Assembly: GCA_951406725.2 (NCBI GenBank)
Contig: OX597828.1
Coordinates: 32,364,001 to 32,428,000, forward strand
Reading direction: 5' to 3'
DNA: 64,000 nucleotides
DNA from: Octopus vulgaris
Lineage: Eukaryota
Shown here: positions 56,550 to 64,000 of the stretch, piece by piece
Layout of the letters: each line of letters opens with the position of its first letter
Position numbering within the stretch: position 1 is the first letter of the stretch
The notes under the pieces: generated by a model
Seen by the model: the letters and a program-made list of their open reading frames with translations, nothing else
Database searches by the model: none
What the model was told of the DNA's origin: nothing
Program-made: the position numbers and the translations under genes

Positions 56550-57450
56550 GATGTCGCTCGGGGGATGCTTCGCTCAATGTTAATTATATTTCTAAGATTC
56601 CATCGAGATGTAGCGTTGGTTTCCACTTGTTAATCCGCATGTGATTTCGAGCGCGTTGGGAGACGTTCGCCAAGCGTGCAAACCTAGCTAAACTTAAAGG
56701 TAAGACATGCAATTTTCCGGTCAAATTTTCTAAATCACCTCTAGATATATGGTTAGCAGTGCTACCCCGGAAACTTTCCGATCAGTCATCTTTGAAGCAA
56801 CAAGTTGATTAAGAAACAAATTTATATCAGCCAATGTGCAGGTAAGTACTGACGTTCTTTTCGTCCCTCAGACCTGTCCAGCTGGCCACTTTTCCATCGC
56901 CGTTTTAATTTAAAGAAATAAAGAGAGATGTTAGATTGTCAGTAATGCCATTGGGATACTATAGTCAAGTACATCTTGTGCCACACCGCAATGACACATA
57001 CAATCAACGCCAAGAAATTCCAGAGACTAGCAAGAGCAAGATAGCCAGTTCTAAGCAGAAAAGAATTCTATATGCTTATTTTCGTTCATCTAGAGGGATG
57101 TCTCTAAACCAATCGGGGTTTCGTCACTCCCAAGCTGGATGACCGCAATCTCGGGAACCAAACCGATTATTTCTATGTCCCGGGGCAAAGTGCCTTGTTA
57201 GATGATCGAATACTGTCTTATCAGGCTTGAAAAATCCTCCCGTACATTGCTTTACATTGATGAGGTCCAGTAGATCGAAATCGCGGGATACAGGAATTCC
57301 GGTGCCCATAGCAAATCTCGTTTGCTACGATCTATGTGTTTGCTTTTATACACCAGGTACTCATATGAGAAGCTCTCTGAAGGCTAATAACGCAGAATTT
57401 GGTGCTCTACCAACGCCTTCATATTATGTTGGATATAAAGGTTAACCTTT
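56550..57450 (-). pseudogene. Ancient L1/Tx1-like RT fossil
   Basis: Co-linear decayed motifs 'QTRFAMGTGI', 'DLLDLIN..GGFFKPDKTVFDHL...RFG', 'TDNLT' (compare QTGFxPGRxI, LDxxKAFD, YADDLT). Confidence 0.45.
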
Positions 57451-59469
57451 GGCATTAATAATGCTTCCGTTGCCAATAATTAATATGCATGTGCATGGGT
57501 GAGTGTGTGAGTGTTTGTGTGTTAGCCTGTGTGCGTGTGCATGCGCGTGTGTGTGTATTTTGTGGGTAAATACTCATACATGGATGTGTACACACTATTG
57601 GGTGGCCATTAGCTTTAGTAGGTTCATCCACACTTCAACAGGTTCTGATATTTGTCCTGCAGACTATCCACTCGCCTTCCTCACGATTATGCAGTAGGCT
57701 GATCTAGATTAGCTCTTAGCAGTATCGCTCACCTGTCACATACAACAATACCTAACCTACCTACATACATACACACATAGATACATGCATGCATACATAT
57801 TTATCTATATGCAAAGACACATACATCGATCACATGATCAAATAGTGTCCACGGATTGGATGATAATAAACAATGTTTTGTGTAGAGACAAGTGGAGTTA
57901 TCTCACATCCATCCAGTCATACATACATACATACATATACATACATACATACATACATACATACATACATACATACATACATACATGCATGCATACATAC
58001 ATACATACATACATAAACGTATATGGTATAAAGAACTGGAGAGTTTTATAGGAATTCCATACCAAGACTAAATAAGGGCAAATCAATTAATTATTGATGT
58101 ATACATTTCAAAGCATTTCCCGTGCCAGTAGATCGCAATGCAAAGGATATAATACATAATGACAATTCTAAGACCAGGGTCTATTTTGGGGTTGCCGACC
58201 AGCTGAAACCATGAAAGCGTATTAATCATGAAAATTAGTATTTTTTTTCTGCAGCTATTAAAACAGTGTATATTGTGTAAGATATTTAACAACTGTTTCT
58301 ATAATATTGAGTGATCACATCGATAATAGTTCGCAGACTCAAATCATGACTTCAAGCATGAATCATGATCATATTATTCTCACGCCTTTAGATACAGACG
58401 AACGAAATCGCTTTGGTATACTGAAATACAGTTTCTCGAGACGCGTTTGAATATAAGAAAAAGAAAAATGTAGAAAAACTTGACATTTATTAATGTGTGT
58501 TTGCATTTAAAAGGTCAGAAAATTACATCACAATAATAGAATTTTTAGTCTATTGAAGATAAAAATTCAAACAAGACGTGATCTGCACCATTGGCCGTAG
58601 TAGCAGCAAAATAGTTTTCTTGCAATTTTGTGAAAGGTGAAATGACATTTTTGTGATAAGCACTTTTTGATACAGAAGTTTATTTGTTCATCTGTTCACT
58701 TATGTAACATTAAATATTTTCGAAGCTACAGATGTTTCGTTCTTTATTCGGAGGTGTGAAACTGGGATGTTGTGATTTTCAAAAATCTAGCATGGTTTGC
58801 TCACAAGTCAGGTTGTTTTTACCGCGTAGCAAACCCGAGCTAAAACAATTACATCAGAAGTTTGTACACTGGATTCAACGACGGAAGATTATTAACGTTT
58901 TAGGACACTAAACATTGCAATATCTTTTTTATGCATGTTTTAGTTCAGATTATAAAAAGTATCCGACGTATATCATTGATCTCACTGGTCTGTGTTAGCG
59001 ACATTAATTTTATACCCCTGAGACTTAATTACATCCTTGAATATGTCATCAAGCACTAAAAAGGGAATCACATTTTAGCATTCATTTTGATTTCCTAGCA
59101 ACGTTCCCCTTACTACTAAGGTTTTATTTATTTTATTTATTTAAATTAAGTGCATTGAAAACGTAACATATATCATCTTTTCCCAGTACATCACATCCAC
59201 TACTGGATATATTTCAGGCCCCAAATCATTTTACTTGCTTATAACATTTGAGAACTATAGATTAAATTTGCGAAATAAGAATTATCTTACAACAATTGAG
59301 CATTGTAAATCAAACTTGAGATACGAAGTTGCAATTAGGTAACATAAAAAATCATGAAATTCAACATTTGACTGCATTTAATTATACGCTAGTCAATGAT
59401 TGTGGCCTTCACAATGTCGGTTTGTCTTCTATTAATATCAAAATCCCATTCAAAATATACCCGAATCAT

Positions 59470-59720
59470 TATTTATAAAGGTTGGACATATTGGTTACAA
59501 GTGCTTGAGTAAAACTGTATCCGAAGATCGGAAATGGTCTCATGCTATTTTGTCTTGAATTATAAAAAATCAAGGAAGCCATGAACGAAATACTAATTGA
59601 TAAAACATCAAACGATATCATGCATTGGGAAATAAATCTGAAACGTGTCAAGTTCAACGCTATGTCGGAGCTTGTCAAGTCTCTTGGTGTTCTGCATAGA
59701 AACTTTGTATTGGTGATATG
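59470..59720 (+). pseudogene. Possible hAT transposase fossil
   Basis: 'KIKEAMNEIL...AMSELVKSL' resembles the helices after the hAT RWNS motif; weak. Confidence 0.25.
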
Positions 59721-60290
59721 AGATAGGACACTATAGCATTTGTTACAAATTAGATAGAGTATCACAACAATTTGTTTTCTCGTCACGTGTCGACTTGTTT
59801 GTCTTTTCTGTCTCACGCACACACACACACACTCTCTCTCGCTCTCTCTCTTTCTCATGTGTATATCTATATGCATGGGTGCATACATATGAATAATCGT
59901 AACTCACAAAGTACCATGGAAGTACCATGCAATATGTCGCAGTTTCAGGCGCTTAAATATTTATTAGTAGATGTACACACCGATTCAACCACACCCCTCA
60001 TTGATTTAGCGCATTATCGAGCAGGTCAGATCAAGGGGAAAGCAATGCAAAAAGAAAGGTATTACTGTAGGACTCAACATGACACACGTCCCAGAAATAT
60101 AATCCACGCTTCTATGATCGTGTCATCGTAGTATATGTGCCTTTTCATACATACATTTAAGCACACGCACACACACAGAAACATACATACATACATACAT
60201 ATATGCTTGCATACATGCATGAACATATACATACAAACAGATACACATATTAGTATGTGTGTATAAATGTATAAAAAGAAGTCGAAACAA

Positions 60291-61520
60291 TATTTGGTTG
60301 GCAACTAATTTCCCGCCGTTTTTTTAAAGTTTGGAATTTATTGTTTTTAAATTTTGGAATCTATTTTCTTTTTCTTTTCTAGTTAATTTTAGTTAATCTT
60401 TTGTTTATTTTCAGATCATTAAAATGGAACGTCAAGTTAAGAAAAACGAGCATTTTCGACACCTCTGTCTTTTACCTTTTAGTCAAGGTTCTAATGCCGC
60501 AGAAGCTGCTCGCGATATTTCTTCAGTGTATGGAGAGTGTGCCATAGCTGAAAGAACCGCTCGTGATTGGTATGCCAATTTTAAAAATGGAAATTTTGAC
60601 CTCAAACACGCACCTCGTTCTGGCCGTCCAGTTAAGTTCAATGAAGAGCGATTAAACCAACTTTTGCACGAAAATTCTCCTCAAACAACAAGGGAACTGG
60701 CAGAAAAATGGAATGCTACCACACTACTATAGAGAAGCATCTTCTTTCGAGGGTTCAGAAGTATGGAGCATGGGTTCCCCATGCTTTAAGTGACATCAAC
60801 AAACCATAATCTCCGCTGGTTTGCTTACTCGTCACCGCTCAACTCATGGACACAAGCAACGATTTCTTAACGAATTGTTACTGGCGACGAAAAACGGTGC
60901 CTGTACATCAATTTGAAGCAGCGTAAGGAACGGCTTAACCCCGGCAAACAAGCGATACCCCGCGTGATACAAGATCTTTATCCGCGTAAAACGATATCGT
61001 GCGTAAGTTGGGACTAGGAAGGGATTATCCATTACGAATTACTTGAACGGAACCAAACTTTCAACGCGAGACTCTATGTTCAACAGATGCAACGACTCAA
61101 CATGGCTATTCAAAAGAAAAGACCTAATGGGCGGGCATGGAGTTCTTCTGCTGCACGACAACGCCCGACCTCATATCGCCAATACGACCAGACCAAGGAT
61201 GTCATTCAAACTCATGACTGGAAAGTGCTGCGACACCCGCTGAGCTCTCCTGATTTGGCACCAACGAATTTCCACCTCTTTCGATCTCTGTCAAATGCTA
61301 TGCGCGGAGTTTCGTTCAATACTGATTGGATCCAATTTTTCTAGTCGAAGTCGAGGAATTTCTATCAACGAGATATTGAGAATCTTTTTGAAACTTGGAA
61401 AGAAGTTGTAAACAAGGGTGAATACATTATTGATTAATTAGTTGTTTCCTTTTTATTAAATCATTTAAACATTTTAAATACAAAAAAATAATCGGAGGGA
61501 ACTTAGTTGCCAACCCAATA
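60291..61520 (+). mobile_element. Full-length degenerate mariner transposon with TA target-site duplications
   Basis: TIRs TA-tttggttggcaactaatttcccgccg and cggagggaacttagttgccaacccaa-TA. Protein pieces 'MERQVKKNEHFRH', 'PRSGRP', 'WVPHAL', 'VTGDEK', 'LLHDNARPH', 'SPDLAPTNFHLFRSL'. Confidence 0.95.
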
Positions 61521-61621
61521 TTTTGAATGTAGTCAATATGTAGCTTCCAGATAATTGCGCTAAAATCAAAAAGGGAATTTCATGTAATATGCAGAATTCT
61601 GCTCAATTAAGAAATATATAT

Positions 61622-61681
<60 letters not shown>

Positions 61682-62481
61682 ATATGTCTTAAGGAAGATG
61701 AAATATTCGATTCTGCAATTCGTAACTATTTGAAACGTACGTATTAAATACATTCAACATATATGTATGTATTATGTGTTCATGTATGTATGCATACATG
61801 CCTGTTTGTACGTACATACATATGTGCATACATATGTGTGTGTGTGCATGTGTGTGTGTATGTGTGTGTGTATTCCCGACAACACTGAGAAGACCGAAAG
61901 AAATGCTTTGATGGATAATTCTTAATATCGAAATAATAGCTAGGAAGGTAGCCAGTGACTGAGATATATAGGATAGATAATAATCACACAAGAAGCTAAT
62001 TATAACAATCACGAACGAGACAGATAACATCTGCAAAAAAAAAAGAATCTTCTACATTAATTAACCCAGCCTTCGTAAGTAGGATAACATTTAATTGTAT
62101 ATGTGTGTGTGTGTGTACATATAGATAAAGACAGAGAGCCAGACAGATAGATAGAGAGAGTCAACCAGACAGAGAGAAGAGAAGGTTATGCATTTACTCA
62201 CATGTAATACTAATGAACTCATCGATGTCCAATTAATTCAACACTTCTATTCCAGGCCAGCACATTTCTCTATGGGAACTGTTTTGTAATATTCTGAGGC
62301 CAAGTTGTACATATATGCCATATTAAACATAACACATATAATGCGCTTACATTGTTTTATGCGTTTAAGATTTCATATATAGTTTTACCAAATGGTTGCT
62401 AACGTTTTGTAACAGCGAGTTCCTCCCATAAGATCGTCGGCTCTTGCTAAAAATTTGAAATCATCTTCTTGATAAGACACG

Positions 62482-62612
62482 CTGGCATAATTGTTAGCGT
62501 CCCCGGCAAAGAAAAAAAAAATAGCAGCATTTCTTCTGTCTTTTTGTTCTGAGTTCGAATGACGCTGAGGTCAAATTTGCCTTTCAAATTTTTCAAGATC
62601 GATAAAATACGC
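62482..62612 (+). mobile_element. SINE family B, diverged 5' part
   Basis: ctggcataattgttagc...ttctgagttcgaat...tttgcctttca...gatcgataaa. Confidence 0.6.
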
Positions 62613-63049
62613 ACGATAACAGAATAAGCCTATAACAGAAAAGAATATTTTGTTGGATTAAAATAGATGTATTTACCAAAGTCTTCTTTAATAATAGAAA
62701 TTATATCGTTGAATATGATCCTATTTACAATGTTTGAGTTAATTAACGTAGTAGATTCTTTTTGCGAATGTTTTCTGCCACGTCCTTGATTGTTATAATT
62801 AGGTTCTTGTGCGATTTTTATCTAACATATATCTCAGTCAGTGGCTATTTTCAAGTCTTCTATTTCAATCTTGATAGTTATCTTACAAAGCATTACTTGT
62901 ATGTTTCGTTGATGTTGACCTGAAGACACACATACAAGCACACACAAACACACACACAGTCACACAGTCACGCATAAAACTATATATATATATACGTGTG
63001 TCTGTGCGTCTAGGTTTGTGTGTCTGTGTTTGTCACCACTTCATCGCTT

Positions 63050-63520
63050 GGCAACCGATAGAATAAGCGCTAGGTTTACAAAGAATAAGTCCTGAGGTCC
63101 ACTTGTTCGACTACAGAATATACATATATATATATATATGCAGTTTCTTCGCCAAGAATCTCCTACTACAACATCGAGCAGACCAAAGCCTTGAGTGGAT
63201 TTGGTAGACGGAAAAGGAAAGAAGCCCGTCTAATGTATGTATATATGCATTTGTGTATATGTGTTTGTTCTCCTACCAACATTTGACAACCGGTGGTGGT
63301 GTGTTTACGATACCGTAACCTAGCGGTTCGACAAAATGGACGGATAGAATAAGTATTACTCTTACAAAGAATAAGTCCTGGGATAGATTTGTTCGACTAA
63401 TGGTGGTGCTCCATCTTGGCCGCAGTCAAACAACTGAAACAAGTAAATGAATAAAAGAATATACATATAAGTCGGTACTCCAACATGGCCGCAATCAAAC
63501 GAGTGAAACAAGTAAAATAA
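63050..63520 (+). mobile_element. SINE family A fragments with duplicated tail
   Basis: gaccaaagccttgagtggatttggtagacggaaa...gaataagtcctg...ggccgcagtcaaac (tail present twice). Confidence 0.7.
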
Positions 63521-63599
63521 TATATATATATATATATTTATATATATAAACTAAATCACAAAAGAAACGTCACGATTACTAAGTAGACACCGGTATATT

Positions 63600-63800
63600 A
63601 ACAGACTGCCATGGCATTGATTGAAGAGCGCTAGTTAAAGAAACGAGCTTTCTTAATGATAAAACGTCATTTCCTGAAATATTTGTGACGTCCTGGATCC
63701 AAAGTGATGACCACCGTTTGCGTTGATTACACCCCGACATCTTCTGTAAATTGAATGCACTAAACGATAACTGAAAGCCGTGAGAATATCAGCGCGAACT
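63600..63800 (+). pseudogene. hAT transposase scrap
   Basis: 'DIFCKLNALND' resembles Buster-type 'DIFxKLNELN'. Confidence 0.35.
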
Positions 63801-63809
63801 CTCTTAAAA

Positions 63810-64000
63810 CTTGAAGAGTTGTGCCGCAGCTGTTGGCCTTAGCCGGATGTCATTTAACCCTAGGGGATTCAAGTCCACACTTAAGGTAGGCATTGCCTGT
63901 GTCTGGATATTGTGCTGCTGGAGGAATTCTGTTGTCAATCTGCCAGCATGGGCACGGCCATTGTCGTGTTAGAACACGTGATTCCGATGACGGACAAAGT
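63810..64000 (-). mobile_element. Tc1-like transposase fragment (continues past the window edge)
   Basis: Minus strand reads 'VF*HDNGRAHAGRLTTEFLQQHNIQTQAMPTLSVDLNPL' (compare FQQDNARPH...WPxxSPDLNPIE). Confidence 0.8.

Noticed and set aside
56820-56850. Consensus donor site CAG|GTAAGT
   Set aside because: Lies within a probable LINE fossil and has no supportable upstream coding exon.

Overview
AT-rich, microsatellite-dense eukaryotic genomic DNA. The SINE families and repeat make-up look like an octopus/coleoid cephalopod (inferred from recall, not checked by search). I see no convincing host protein-coding exon, so the window is probably intronic or intergenic, and almost all short ORFs in the track are translations of simple repeats. 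The window is a mosaic of transposons: two full-length dead mariners, Tc1/maT fragments, a MITE, two copies of a GC-rich Tx1/L1-type LINE each embedded in (GATA)n, four Penelope-like elements (PLEs; two Neptune-like, two Naiad-like), many tRNA-derived SINEs, and old hAT, RTE, CR1 and L1 fossils. The most striking structure is at 33846-36700. It is a very young Naiad-type PLE insertion in which ~990-bp near-perfect inverted arms, each with a minimal hammerhead ribozyme, enclose an open GIY-YIG endonuclease frame set back-to-back with an antisense scrap of the RT N-terminus. Several further degenerate hammerhead motifs are scattered through the window. Coordinates were read by eye and element ends are approximate.
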